This document shows positions 29,295-39,368 of a DNA stretch of 41,129 bases, piece after piece; position 1 is the stretch's first letter; each line of letters opens with the position of its first letter. The DNA is from Gammaproteobacteria bacterium (GTDB lineage Bacteria > Pseudomonadota > Gammaproteobacteria > Magnimaribacterales > D2472): the NCBI GenBank assembly GCA_965658385.1, contig CBFHRY010000001.1:21334-62462 (forward strand), in the 5' to 3' direction. A program made the translations under genes and the position numbers. The notes beneath the pieces are model-generated. The model worked only from the letters and a program-made list of their open reading frames with translations, was not told where the DNA came from and did no database searches.

Positions 29295-30692
29295 ATGAAG
29301 AAAATAACCAGAAGTATACTTTTTTTATTAATCATAACCTCACCTCAATTGATTGCTGCTGGTTTACCAGAAAACATTTCAGAACTTGTAGAAGATTCTG
29401 CTCCTGCGGTTGTGAATATAACTTCAAAAAAAGAAATCACATCAAGACAAATGGGCGGATATGGAGGAATACCTGATGAGATTCTTGAAAGGTTTGGTAT
29501 GCCAAGGCAATACGGACAAATGCCGCAACAAAAAAGAGAATCAACCTCATATGGCTCAGGGTTTATACTTAAAGACGATTACATATTAACTAACTTTCAT
29601 GTGGTAGAAGATGCTACAGAAGTTGTTGTATCTCTCTCTGATAGAAGAGAATTCAAAGCTGAAATTATTGGCGTAGATCCACTTTCCGATCTAGCAGTTT
29701 TAAAAGTAGAGGGGAAGAAGCTGCCAAAGGTCATAATTGGAGACAGTGACAAGCTTAAGGTTGGTGATTGGGTAGTTGCAATAGGATCTCCTTTTAGTTT
29801 TGATTTTTCAGTTACAGCCGGAATAGTCAGCGCAAAAGGCAGAAGCATTCAGAATAATAATATAGGTAATTATGTCCCGTTTTTACAAACTGATGTAGCC
29901 ATCAATCCAGGAAACTCTGGAGGTCCACTATTTGACTTAGATGGCAAAGTCGTTGGTATTAACTCTCAAATATATTCAAGAAGCGGTGGTTACCAGGGCC
30001 TAGCTTTTGCTATACCTATTAATGTAGCCACTGATGTTGCCGATCAAATCATACAAAATGGTTTTGTTTCAAGGGGGTATTTGGGTGTCAGGATGAGCGA
30101 GGTTGATAGCGATCTTGCTGAAGCCTTGGGAATGAAAAAACCTTATGGAGCTCTCATAAATGATGTGGAGTCAGGGCAATCGGCTGATTTAGCTGGCCTC
30201 ATGCCTGGTGATGTCATTATTGAATTTAATGACGAAGAAATTAAATTTAGCTCAGACCTTCCTCATGTTGTTGGTCAATTGAGACCAGAGACCGAAGCTG
30301 AAGCAAGAGTAATACGAGATGGAGAAGAGATATCTATTGACTTTATTCTTGGAGAGCTTCCAACAGATAAAGATTCCTTTATACCTGCAAAATCAAGCAA
30401 ATCAAAAGATCCTCTAGGATTAAAAGTTGCTGAAATTGATAGAGACAACCCATCTATGGACAATTTGCCGGATGGAGTAATTGTTTCAAGAGTTACTCCC
30501 GGTTCACCTGCTTCAGGTAGGATTTTCAGAGGTGACGTCATTACTATGCTTCAATATCGCGGTGACAAGTACGAGATATATGAAGTTGACGATTTTAAGG
30601 ATGCTTTAGAGCAATTTGAATCTGGTAAACGTGTAGCAATTCACCTCAATAGAAAAGGTTCAAAGTTCATTACCTCTGTGAAAATCAACTAA
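29295..30692 (+). CDS. periplasmic serine endoprotease DegP/DegQ/MucD (HtrA family)
   Basis: 465 aa with a signal peptide, a catalytic triad context (TNFHVV, DLAVLK, GNSGGPL) and two PDZ-like regions. Confidence 0.92.
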   Translation: MKKITRSILFLLIITSPQLIAAGLPENISELVEDSAPAVVNITSKKEITSRQMGGYGGIPDEILERFGMPRQYGQMPQQKRESTSYGSGFILKDDYILTNFHVVEDATEVVVSLSDRREFKAEIIGVDPLSDLAVLKVEGKKLPKVIIGDSDKLKVGDWVVAIGSPFSFDFSVTAGIVSAKGRSIQNNNIGNYVPFLQTDVAINPGNSGGPLFDLDGKVVGINSQIYSRSGGYQGLAFAIPINVATDVADQIIQNGFVSRGYLGVRMSEVDSDLAEALGMKKPYGALINDVESGQSADLAGLMPGDVIIEFNDEEIKFSSDLPHVVGQLRPETEAEARVIRDGEEISIDFILGELPTDKDSFIPAKSSKSKDPLGLKVAEIDRDNPSMDNLPDGVIVSRVTPGSPASGRIFRGDVITMLQYRGDKYEIYEVDDFKDALEQFESGKRVAIHLNRKGSKFITSVKIN

Positions 30693-30761
30693 AAATTTAG
30701 CAACTTACTTTTTTAGAATTCACCATCATTAGCCCCTTTGGCTGTAAAATGTCTTACACCT

Positions 30762-32549
30762 ATGAAGAACATTAGAAACTTTTCTGTCATTGCCCATATA
30801 GATCATGGCAAATCCACCTTGTCTGACAGACTTATTGAATATTGTGGAGGTCTATCTGCAAGAGAGATGTCTGAGCAAATTCTTGATTCAATGGATATTG
30901 AGAGGGAAAGAGGTATAACAATTAAAGCTCAGGCAGTAACCTTAAACTATGAAAAAAACGGTGAAACTTATCAATTAAACTTCATTGACACTCCAGGGCA
31001 CGTTGATTTTTCTTATGAGGTATCTAGATCATTATCAGCCTGTGAGGGTGCATTATTGGTAGTTGATGGATCACAAGGTGTGGAGGCTCAAACTCTTGCT
31101 AACTGTTATACAGCTGTAGACCAGGGGCTGGAAGTTGTTCCAGTTATAAATAAGATTGATCTTCCCCAAGCTGAACCAGAAAGAGTTGAAAAAGAAATTG
31201 AAGACATGATCGGTATCAACGCATCTGATGCTCCCCATGTAAGTGCTAAAACGGGAATTGGAATTGAATCTTTGTTAGATGTCTTAATTTCTGATATTCC
31301 TTCACCTGAAGGTATGATTGAAAGTCCATTGAAGGCTTTAATAATAGATTCTTGGTTTGATTCTTATTTAGGAGTAGTTTCTTTAATAAGAATTAAAGAT
31401 GGCACAATAAAAAAAGGTCAAAAGTTTAAAATACACTCAACAGGCGATACTCACATAGTGGATGAATTAGGCATATTCACTCCAAAAAAAGTCACAAAAG
31501 AATCTTTGTCAGCAGGTGAGGTGGGCTATTTAGTAGCAGGTATAAAAAATATTAAAGGCGCTCCTGTAGGCGATACTTTGCTTGAATGGAATGATGAGAC
31601 CACACAAGCGCTTCCTGGTTTTGAAAAAGTTAACCCAAAAGTTTTTGCATCTATGTTCACTGTTAAATCAGAAGACTATGAAAGGTTTAGAGATGCCTTA
31701 TCAAAACTTATTTTAAATGATTCATCATTAATATATGAGCCTGAAGTTTCAGATGCATTAGGATTTGGCTTTAGATGCGGTTTCCTTGGCACTCTTCATA
31801 TGGAGGTAATAAGGGAGCGATTAGAAAGAGAGTATGATCTTGAACTTATCTCTACAGCCCCATCAGTAGAATATGAAGTTTTAAAAACTGATGGCAAAGT
31901 TATCAAGCTTGATAATCCATCTCAACTTCCAGCATCTAATGATATAGACGAAATAAGAGAGCCTATAGTAAATGTGAATATTCTTACCCCAAATGATTAC
32001 GTTGGTAATGTAATTACTTTATGTACCAACAAAAGAGGAATACAAAAAAATATGACATATTTTGGCAATCAAGTCTCCATTATTTTTGAGATGCCTCTGT
32101 CTAGTGTAATTATTGATTTCTTTGATCAAATCAAGTCATCAACAAAAGGATTTGCATCTGTTGAGTATTCATTGATTGGTTTTGTTAAATCTGATCTAAC
32201 AAAAATTGATGTGCTAATTAACAACCAAAAAGTAGATGCTTTATCAATGATTGTGCACAAATCTTTTTCTGCCACAAAGGCCAGAGAAATTGCTAAAAAC
32301 TTACAAAAGTTAATTCCAAGACAAATGTTTGATGTCCCCATTCAAGTTGCACTAGGTGCTAAGATAATATCGAGAGAAACTGTAAAAGCGCTTAGAAAAA
32401 ATGTTACTGCAAAATGTTATGGCGGCGACATAACAAGAAAAAAGAAGCTACTTGAGAAGCAAAAAGAAGGGAAAAAGAAAATGAAACAAATTGGTAAAGT
32501 TTCCATTCCACAAGATGCGTTCTTAAATTACTTTAGTTCAGGAGATTAG
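30762..32549 (+). CDS. lepA: elongation factor 4 (LepA)
   Basis: Starting at ATG 30762 gives [23 protein letters not shown], nearly identical to the E. coli LepA N-terminus. The track's TTG at 30738 is rejected. G-domain motifs and the LepA C-terminal domain are present. Confidence 0.96.
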   Translation: MKNIRNFSVIAHIDHGKSTLSDRLIEYCGGLSAREMSEQILDSMDIERERGITIKAQAVTLNYEKNGETYQLNFIDTPGHVDFSYEVSRSLSACEGALLVVDGSQGVEAQTLANCYTAVDQGLEVVPVINKIDLPQAEPERVEKEIEDMIGINASDAPHVSAKTGIGIESLLDVLISDIPSPEGMIESPLKALIIDSWFDSYLGVVSLIRIKDGTIKKGQKFKIHSTGDTHIVDELGIFTPKKVTKESLSAGEVGYLVAGIKNIKGAPVGDTLLEWNDETTQALPGFEKVNPKVFASMFTVKSEDYERFRDALSKLILNDSSLIYEPEVSDALGFGFRCGFLGTLHMEVIRERLEREYDLELISTAPSVEYEVLKTDGKVIKLDNPSQLPASNDIDEIREPIVNVNILTPNDYVGNVITLCTNKRGIQKNMTYFGNQVSIIFEMPLSSVIIDFFDQIKSSTKGFASVEYSLIGFVKSDLTKIDVLINNQKVDALSMIVHKSFSATKAREIAKNLQKLIPRQMFDVPIQVALGAKIISRETVKALRKNVTAKCYGGDITRKKKLLEKQKEGKKKMKQIGKVSIPQDAFLNYFSSGD

Positions 32550-32550
32550 T

Positions 32551-33495
32551 ATGTTTACCGATCCATTATTTATTTTGTCCTTGGCAGGAATGCTTGGATG
32601 TATCTATATTTGGATTAGACAAAATGTTACTGAAGCAAAATTTAACCCTCTGATTGAGGAAAATTTATCCTCTCTAGGAACAATCTTCTTTTTTGCAATG
32701 ATAATGAGCATATGGTTTAACTCAGGTGATCTTGGGTTAATTTTATTTATAGCTGTAATAATATCTTTCATAGTTTTTTTCATTGGAATCTTTTATAAGA
32801 ATGAGGTCATTAAAAAATCAACAAGAGGCACACTCATACCTCTTTTTATTATTTTTGTTCTCAGATCTTTTCTTTATGAGCCATACCAAATCCCATCTGG
32901 ATCAATGCTGCCTGGTTTAAAGGTTGGAGATTTTATTTTAGTTAATAAATATGAGTATGGATTAAAAATTAATAGGGTAGGCAAACCTTTAATTGAACTT
33001 AATGATCCTGATTATGGTGAGGTTGTAGTTTTTGTGCCACCACACAAACCTGTGCCCTATATAAAAAGATTAATAGGTAAGCCAGGTGACTCTATAAAAT
33101 ATATTAATAAAAAGCTTTATATAAATGATGAAATTGTTTTGAAGGACTATGAATTTACAAAAGAGGAAACAGTAACAAGAAGATACAGATACCCTTCAGG
33201 AAAAATTGAAGAAGTTGAAGAAATTGAAGATATTAAATTTTATACAGAAGAGCTTGGCGGTAGATCATTTTTAGTAAGAAATAGTTCTGCAAAGACAGAA
33301 TATCCCCAACAATGGACTGTTCCTAAAGGTCACTATTTTGTAGTTGGCGATAACAGAGATAATTCTAATGACTCTAGACAAGATGTTGGCTTTGTTCCAA
33401 GGAATCATTTCATGGGCACAGCTGATTATATCTGGATGACATGGGAGTGTTGGACCTGTTTACCTAGTTTTGAAAGGGCTGGTAAAATTAATTAA
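32551..33495 (+). CDS. lepB: signal peptidase I
   Basis: 314 aa with N-terminal TM segments. It has the catalytic Ser motif (SGSMLPGL), a Lys box (YIKRLIGKPGD) and GDNRDNSNDSR. Confidence 0.92.
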   Translation: MFTDPLFILSLAGMLGCIYIWIRQNVTEAKFNPLIEENLSSLGTIFFFAMIMSIWFNSGDLGLILFIAVIISFIVFFIGIFYKNEVIKKSTRGTLIPLFIIFVLRSFLYEPYQIPSGSMLPGLKVGDFILVNKYEYGLKINRVGKPLIELNDPDYGEVVVFVPPHKPVPYIKRLIGKPGDSIKYINKKLYINDEIVLKDYEFTKEETVTRRYRYPSGKIEEVEEIEDIKFYTEELGGRSFLVRNSSAKTEYPQQWTVPKGHYFVVGDNRDNSNDSRQDVGFVPRNHFMGTADYIWMTWECWTCLPSFERAGKIN

Positions 33496-34151
33496 TGCTT
33501 GAATCAATTCAAACTAATATAGGATTTGTCTTCTCAGATGAAAGTCTATTAGAGCTCGCACTTACTCATAAAAGTTTTGATAATAAATCTAACAATGAAA
33601 GGTTGGAATTTTTAGGTGACACTGTTCTTAATTCAGTTATTTCTCAATATTTATTTTTAAAATATCCTGAAATACCCGAGGGTCTTCTAAGCAGGATAAG
33701 ATCACAATTAGTCAAATCGGATACGTTAAGCAAAAAAGCTAAATCTCTTAAACTGCATAAAGCAGTTAGGCTATCCAAAGGAACTTTGAATATTAATGAT
33801 TCACATAAGAAATCAATCTATGAGGGGTGCCTTGAGGCCCTAGTAGGTGCAATATATTTAGATGGTGGCTGGGATCAGGCAACGCTAGTAACAATAAATA
33901 TTTTTTCTGATGAGTTAAGTAATATTTCAATAGATGATTCATTTAAAGATCCGAAAACAGAATTACAAGAGTTATTTCAATCTCTTGGAATGAGTCCTCC
34001 TGAATATAACCATGAAGAAAAAACAAAGGGATTTGAGTGTACGTTAGTTTATGAAAATATCAAATTCACATCATTCTCATCATCTAAACAAAGTGCAGAG
34101 ATAAAGGTTGCTGCATCAGTTTTAAGCTCTATTGATAAAAAAGATGACTGA
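33495..34151 (+). CDS. rnc: ribonuclease III
   Basis: 218 aa with the signature ERLEFLGD and a dsRBD at the C-terminus. It shows a TAATG-style 1-nt overlap with lepB. Confidence 0.93.
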   Translation: MLESIQTNIGFVFSDESLLELALTHKSFDNKSNNERLEFLGDTVLNSVISQYLFLKYPEIPEGLLSRIRSQLVKSDTLSKKAKSLKLHKAVRLSKGTLNINDSHKKSIYEGCLEALVGAIYLDGGWDQATLVTINIFSDELSNISIDDSFKDPKTELQELFQSLGMSPPEYNHEEKTKGFECTLVYENIKFTSFSSSKQSAEIKVAASVLSSIDKKDD

Positions 34152-35049
34152 TTCATTGTGTGGATACATTTCTATAATTGGCAAACCAAATGTTGGTAAA
34201 TCTACTATATTGAACCATATCTTAGGTAAGAAAATCTCAATAACTTCAAGAAAATCTCAAACAACAAGGAACAATATTCTTGGAATAAAGAATATTGAAA
34301 ATGCACAACTTATTTTTGCTGATACCCCTGGCATGCATATCAAATCCCCCAAAATCATGAATAAAGTACTTAATAAATCTGCTGAAGGCTTAATTGATTA
34401 TTCAGATATTGTGTTATTCGTTACTCAAAGACTGAAACTAGACGATCAAGATATGTCCGTGCTTAAGAAGCTCAAAGAAGCAAATGCAAAAGTAATTTGT
34501 GTTGTTAATAAAATTGACCAAATTGACGATAAGCAAAAATTGCTTCCTTTAATGGATAGATTAAGTGAGTTATATGATTTCCTTGAAATTATTCCTATTT
34601 CAGCACTTTTAGATGAAGGGATAGAAGAACTGCAGAAAATTATAATTAAATATCTGCCAAAAGGTGACCATGTTTATGGTGAGGCCATGTCTTCAAATAA
34701 TCAAAAGGACATGTTTATGATTTCAGAGCTTGTTAGAGAGAAAATAATTAGATTGCTTGGGGATGAGCTGCCACATGATACATTTGTTCAAGTCGAGCAC
34801 TTTGAAGATGAAGAGACTATCCTAAAAATTCATGTTGTTATATTTGTAGTTCGAGATAGTCAAAAACAAATTGTAATTGGCAATAAAGGATCAACTCTAA
34901 AGAAAATTGGTAAACAAGCTAGGTTGGATTTAGAGGACTATTTTGAGAAGAAAGTTTTTTTAAAAACTTGGGTTAAAGTTAAGAAAAATTGGAATACTGA
35001 TTCAGATTACATTCAAAGCCTAGGTGTAGGTGCAAGTTATGAATCCTAA
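34144..35049 (+). CDS. era: GTPase Era
   Basis: G1 GKPNVGKST, DTPG, NKID and a KH domain are present. I prefer ATG 34144 to the track's TTG at 34132; either overlaps the rnc end. Confidence 0.92.
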   Translation: MTDSLCGYISIIGKPNVGKSTILNHILGKKISITSRKSQTTRNNILGIKNIENAQLIFADTPGMHIKSPKIMNKVLNKSAEGLIDYSDIVLFVTQRLKLDDQDMSVLKKLKEANAKVICVVNKIDQIDDKQKLLPLMDRLSELYDFLEIIPISALLDEGIEELQKIIIKYLPKGDHVYGEAMSSNNQKDMFMISELVREKIIRLLGDELPHDTFVQVEHFEDEETILKIHVVIFVVRDSQKQIVIGNKGSTLKKIGKQARLDLEDYFEKKVFLKTWVKVKKNWNTDSDYIQSLGVGASYES

Positions 35050-35731
35050 TGAATGGGATAATTGCTTTTTATTGCATCAAAGAGCCTATGGAGAAACTTC
35101 AATAATCGCTGATATTTTCACGCGATCATCAGGAAAAATATCAATCATTGCGCGAGGAGCAAAAAAACCAAAATCTAAATTTTTTGGTTATTTAGCGCCT
35201 TTCTGTAAGTTAAAAGTTACCTATTCTGGCAGATCTGAACTAAAAACCTTAACTAATATTGATAGAGATTTTTCTATGTCGGTAGATAATTTTTCAAAAA
35301 CCAGCTACAGCCTATTATACATTAATGAGCTTTTGACTAAGTTACTTCCAAAAAACGCAACTCATGAAGAGCTATTTGATCTTTATGAGAGCTTTTTAGA
35401 CGAGGTTAAATCCAATGACTTAGAGCTAACTTTGCGTTCTTTTGAATTAGATATGTTAGAAATGCTTGGTTATGGTATAGATTTTGAATCAGATATTGAT
35501 GAGCATAATCCCATTGAGGCGAATGCTTATTATAAATTTATATCTCAACGAGGTTTTAGAAAATCAGAAAGAGGGGAGCTATTAGGCCAAGAAATATTAG
35601 ATATTCGTGATAGAAAATTTGAATCCATACCAAGAAAATCATTAAAAAAGATTACAAAAGAAGCAATATTACTTTGCTTGGATGGTAAAGAGTTAGCAAG
35701 TAGGGAAATTTTTAGGAGCTTAAAGGGATGA
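35039..35731 (+). CDS. recO: DNA repair protein RecO
   Basis: CFLLHQRAYGETSIIADIFTRSSGKISIIARGAKKPKS aligns with the E. coli RecO N-terminus. Start is ATG 35039, or GTG 35030 as in the track. Confidence 0.85.
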   Translation: MNPNEWDNCFLLHQRAYGETSIIADIFTRSSGKISIIARGAKKPKSKFFGYLAPFCKLKVTYSGRSELKTLTNIDRDFSMSVDNFSKTSYSLLYINELLTKLLPKNATHEELFDLYESFLDEVKSNDLELTLRSFELDMLEMLGYGIDFESDIDEHNPIEANAYYKFISQRGFRKSERGELLGQEILDIRDRKFESIPRKSLKKITKEAILLCLDGKELASREIFRSLKG

Positions 35732-36105
35732 TATACGGCATTGGTTCAGATATTGTTGAGGTTTCAAGGTTTAAAAACATGAAATCAATAGATGCTTTTG
35801 CAAATAAATGCCTAACATCTGAAGAATTAAATTACTTCAATGGCCTAGAGGAAACAAAAAAACCAATATATCTTGCTAAACAATTTTGTATAAAAGAAGC
35901 AATCTCAAAAGCGTTTGGAACAGGCATAAGGCAAGAGGTTTTGCTTTCAAATATTTCTGTAGTAAGGGACGAATTAGGTAAACCTGTTTTTATTCCTTTG
36001 AATAATCTGAAAGATAAAATGAATGATTTGGGTATTTTAGCTAGTCATGTTAGTCTTGCAGACGAGAAAAATTATGTAGTAGCATTTGCTATATTAGAAA
36101 GATGA
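35728..36105 (+). CDS. acpS: holo-[acyl-carrier-protein] synthase
   Basis: 125 aa. The N-terminal GIGSDIVEVSRF and the KEAISKA motif are present. It has ATGA overlaps with recO and with adk. Confidence 0.88.
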   Translation: MIYGIGSDIVEVSRFKNMKSIDAFANKCLTSEELNYFNGLEETKKPIYLAKQFCIKEAISKAFGTGIRQEVLLSNISVVRDELGKPVFIPLNNLKDKMNDLGILASHVSLADEKNYVVAFAILER

Positions 36106-36746
36106 AAAACTTTATTTTGTTAGGCCCTCCCGGGGCTGGAAAGGGAACACAAGCTGACCTTATATGCGATCTATATCAAATTCCTAAATTAAGTACTGGA
36201 GACATGTTACGAGAAGCTGTTGCTTCAGGCTCAGATCTTGGTAAGCAAGTTTCAAGTATTCTTGATTCAGGTGGGCTTGTTTCCGATGACATTATTGGCT
36301 CATTGATTGAAGAAAGACTGCAAATGCCAGACTGTAAAAATGGATCTTTGTTTGATGGAGTTCCTAGAACCCTTGGTCAGGCAAAAATCCTAGATGATAT
36401 GGGCGTATCATTTTCTCATGTCATAGAAATTGTTGTTGAGGACGATGTTATTGTTAGCAGAATGTCAGGTAGAAGAGTGCATCCTGGATCAGGTAGAAAC
36501 TATCATATAGATTACAATCCTCCAAAAATTGAGGGTATTGATGATGAATCTGGGGAAGCATTAATACAACGAGAAGATGATAAGCCTGAGACCGTTCTTA
36601 AAAGATTAGATGTTTATCACGAACAAACAGAGCCGCTGACCAGTTTCTATAAAGAAATTAGCAGTAAATCTGAGCTCATGTATGTTTCAGTTGATGGTTC
36701 AAAAAGCGTTAATGAGGTTTTTGCAAACATAAAAAAAGAAATTTAA
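36102..36746 (+). CDS. adk: adenylate kinase
   Basis: 214 aa with P-loop GPPGAGKGTQ, a LID region (GRRVHPGSGRNYH) and DGVPRT. Confidence 0.95.
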   Translation: MKNFILLGPPGAGKGTQADLICDLYQIPKLSTGDMLREAVASGSDLGKQVSSILDSGGLVSDDIIGSLIEERLQMPDCKNGSLFDGVPRTLGQAKILDDMGVSFSHVIEIVVEDDVIVSRMSGRRVHPGSGRNYHIDYNPPKIEGIDDESGEALIQREDDKPETVLKRLDVYHEQTEPLTSFYKEISSKSELMYVSVDGSKSVNEVFANIKKEI

Positions 36747-36748
36747 TT

Positions 36749-37411
36749 ATGGATGTTTTGGCAATTGATTCTACTGGGGACCATACTTCAGTAGCATCCA
36801 AGATTGGAGATGATCTCTTGTCGATATCAGTAAACCATAAAAGAAAAAGTCGTCCAGATTGGCAATCTCTTCTGCAAAATATAAGCATTGATTCTAAAGA
36901 CCTATCAAATTTTGATCTTTTTGTTTTCGGCCAAGGTCCAGGATCTTACACTTCAATCAGAAGCGTCGCTACTTTTTTAAAAGCAATTGCTTTAACGCAA
37001 TCAAAACCACTAATGCCAATTTCAAATCTTGAATGTATTGCTTTCGAGCACACTATTTTTAACACAGAGGATCAAGTCTTACATTGTGCAATTCTCTCAG
37101 ACATTAAATCTGAAGCTTATTATGCAGAGTTTAATTTTGTTGATGGGTCGTTAAAAAATATTGGCTCGGAGATGCTTGTTAATAAGATAGATCTTGAAAA
37201 AATTGCTTCTAAAGATCCCGATGCTGCTTTTTTAGGCAATGCATGGGATTCAGTTAATGAAGTAAATGTAAATTTAGATATTAAATCAAATGCAGCCACA
37301 TTAATTGAATTAGCTCTTTCAAAATATTCTAAAGAATCAAAATACAGACCCGAAGATGCAAATCCCGTTTATATAAAAGAAACTACATATAAAAAATTAA
37401 ATGATCAATGA
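36749..37411 (+). CDS. tsaB: tRNA t6A37 biosynthesis protein TsaB (YeaZ)
   Basis: 220 aa. VLAIDSTGDHTSVA and GPGSYTSIRS are typical of the YeaZ/TsaB ASKHA fold. Confidence 0.8.
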   Translation: MDVLAIDSTGDHTSVASKIGDDLLSISVNHKRKSRPDWQSLLQNISIDSKDLSNFDLFVFGQGPGSYTSIRSVATFLKAIALTQSKPLMPISNLECIAFEHTIFNTEDQVLHCAILSDIKSEAYYAEFNFVDGSLKNIGSEMLVNKIDLEKIASKDPDAAFLGNAWDSVNEVNVNLDIKSNAATLIELALSKYSKESKYRPEDANPVYIKETTYKKLNDQ

Positions 37412-38192
37412 TATTGTATTAGTAATACTGCTAAGCATAATTCAGGGGTTAACTGAATTTCTTCCTATATCAAGCTCAGCACACTTGCTTTTACCCAACT
37501 TGTTATTTGGTACTAAAGACCTTGGATTGAGTTTTGATATCGCTACTCATGCCGGCACTTTAGTTGCCGTTATATTTTATTTTAAGAATGATCTTATGCG
37601 AATGAGCTCATCTTTATTAAGTAATGATAAAAATTTATTAGATGACAGACGATTAGCATTTTTACTAATCATTGCAACAGTTCCGATTGTGATCGTTGGC
37701 TTGCTCTCATCTGATTTGATACAACAAAGACTTTTCTCACTTCAAAGCATTGCAACAATGAATATTGTATTTGCATTTGTTCTAATGTTTGCGTTTGTTG
37801 CTGGCCCTAAAAACAGAACAATCAAACAGCTCACAATATTTGCTGCAATATTTATAGGACTTATTCAGGTGTTTGCTTTAATACCTGGTGCATCAAGGTC
37901 GGGTACCGCAATAACAGCGGGCTTGATAGCTGGTTTGAGCCTCAAAGACGCATCTAAGTTTGCATTTTTACTTGGAATTCCAACTATATTAGGTGCTCTT
38001 GTTTTTCTTTTGCTGGATATGATCGCTCCAGGTGTAGAGATAGATGTTTTCCATCTTTTAGTGGGTTTCTTAATTTCTTCTGTAGTAGCCTTTTTAACCA
38101 TTAAATATTTTTTACTATTTGTTGAAAAAATAGGGGTGATGCCCTTTGTCATTTATAGAATCATATTGGGAATGGCAATTATTCTAATTTAA
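37401..38192 (+). CDS. uppP: undecaprenyl-diphosphate phosphatase (BacA/UppP)
   Basis: 263 aa, polytopic. The EFLPISSSAHL and PGASRSG motifs are present. Confidence 0.9.
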   Translation: MINDIVLVILLSIIQGLTEFLPISSSAHLLLPNLLFGTKDLGLSFDIATHAGTLVAVIFYFKNDLMRMSSSLLSNDKNLLDDRRLAFLLIIATVPIVIVGLLSSDLIQQRLFSLQSIATMNIVFAFVLMFAFVAGPKNRTIKQLTIFAAIFIGLIQVFALIPGASRSGTAITAGLIAGLSLKDASKFAFLLGIPTILGALVFLLLDMIAPGVEIDVFHLLVGFLISSVVAFLTIKYFLLFVEKIGVMPFVIYRIILGMAIILI

Positions 38193-38929
38193 TGAACTGC
38201 CCGATAGTAATTGATAAAACACTTAATTTAAAGGTTGAATTTGTAGCAAACTATTTAAATTCTGAGATTGTTGACGATCCACCAAAAACTGGTTCATTTA
38301 TAACAATAGCTAATGAGATGCTTACATTTAATTCTTATTTAGACGATGAATTAAGATCTTTAAATATAGATTTCTTATCTGGCCCTATAGGTTGGAGATT
38401 AAATAGATCTCAGCATGAGAAACAAATTAAAAAAGCCTTGGGTAAGAATTTAAACCCTTTAAATATATTTGATGCAACAGCAGGCATGCTTGCAGATACT
38501 ATGATTTTTCTATCTTTAGATCATAAGGTTGTTGCGTGTGAGCAAAGCAAAATTATTTATCTTTTAATCAAGGATGCATGCGAAAGAGCAAAAACTTCTT
38601 TACCTTTTTTGGATAATTTAACGCTTCTTAATGGCGATGCTCGAGATATTTACAATGAAAAAAAAGATATTGATTATGATGTAATTTATTTGGATCCACT
38701 TTATCCAAAAAATAATAAGGCTTCAAAGGGCTCTGGTGAAATTGATTTATTAAGAAAAATAATAGACTTAGAAGGCATAGAGGACGCTGGCGACAGTATT
38801 TTTAATACCTTTCAAAGCGCTAATTGCAAAAAAATAATCTTGAAAAGACCAATCAAGGCCCCATTGATTTGTAATAAAATAAATTATCAGATCAAAGGAA
38901 AATCTACTAGGTTTGATGTATACATTTAA
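38192..38929 (+). CDS. rsmJ: 16S rRNA (guanine1516-N2)-methyltransferase RsmJ (YhiQ)-like
   Basis: 245 aa. The SAM-binding DATAGMLADT and the DVIYLDPLYP motif resemble E. coli RsmJ. Confidence 0.78.
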   Translation: MNCPIVIDKTLNLKVEFVANYLNSEIVDDPPKTGSFITIANEMLTFNSYLDDELRSLNIDFLSGPIGWRLNRSQHEKQIKKALGKNLNPLNIFDATAGMLADTMIFLSLDHKVVACEQSKIIYLLIKDACERAKTSLPFLDNLTLLNGDARDIYNEKKDIDYDVIYLDPLYPKNNKASKGSGEIDLLRKIIDLEGIEDAGDSIFNTFQSANCKKIILKRPIKAPLICNKINYQIKGKSTRFDVYI

Positions 38930-38939
38930 GGAGTAAAAC

Positions 38940-39104
38940 ATGAATCCATTTGGAATGATGAAAGATATGAAAAACATGGAAAAGATGATGAAACCTGCGC
39001 TTGAAAAATTTATGAAAGACTCAGGGTTTGTAAAAAAAGAAGATCTTGAACCATTAAAACGAAGAATTGCTGAATTAGAAACTGAACTAAAGAGATTCAA
39101 ATAG
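38940..39104 (+). CDS. small (54-aa) Met-rich, coiled-coil hypothetical protein; not in the supplied ORF track
   Basis: AAGGAG at 38928-38933 lies 6 nt before ATG 38940. Translation is MNPFGMMKDMKNMEKMMKPALEKFMKDSGFVKKEDLEPLKRRIAELETELKRFK, ending at TAG 39102-39104. It fits tightly between rsmJ (10-nt gap) and the next gene (3-nt gap). Confidence 0.55.
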   Translation: MNPFGMMKDMKNMEKMMKPALEKFMKDSGFVKKEDLEPLKRRIAELETELKRFK

Positions 39105-39107
39105 TCT

Positions 39108-39368
39108 GTGATAGATAATCTTAAGCCTGAGGACATTTCAAGAATCATTGAAATGGCATGGGAAGATAGAACAACTTTTGATGCCATAGAAGCAACATAT
39201 GGGCTCAATCAGAATGAAGTAGAGGACCTAATGCGAAAGAATCTCAAAAAAAGTAGCTACACGCTTTGGAGGAAAAGAGCTAGAGGTAGAAAAACAAAAC
39301 ATCTTGGCTTAAGAGGCTTTGAGGTTGGCAGACATCACTCATATGATCAGAACAAATATAAAAAGTAA
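39108..39368 (+). CDS. DUF2805 (TIGR03643)-like small protein
   Basis: 86 aa from GTG 39108. IIEMAWEDRTTFDAIE...LWRKRARGRKTKH matches my memory of the DUF2805 family signature. This is unverified. Confidence 0.65.
   Translation: MIDNLKPEDISRIIEMAWEDRTTFDAIEATYGLNQNEVEDLMRKNLKKSSYTLWRKRARGRKTKHLGLRGFEVGRHHSYDQNKYKK

Noticed and set aside
38768-39208. 146-aa minus-strand ORF spanning the rsmJ end, the small-ORF region and the DUF2805 start.
   Set aside because: It overlaps three plus-strand coding regions in a co-directional operon. Its translation is Ser/Phe/Ile-rich with no recognisable motif. The plus-strand 54-codon ORF has a strong SD and fits the gap.
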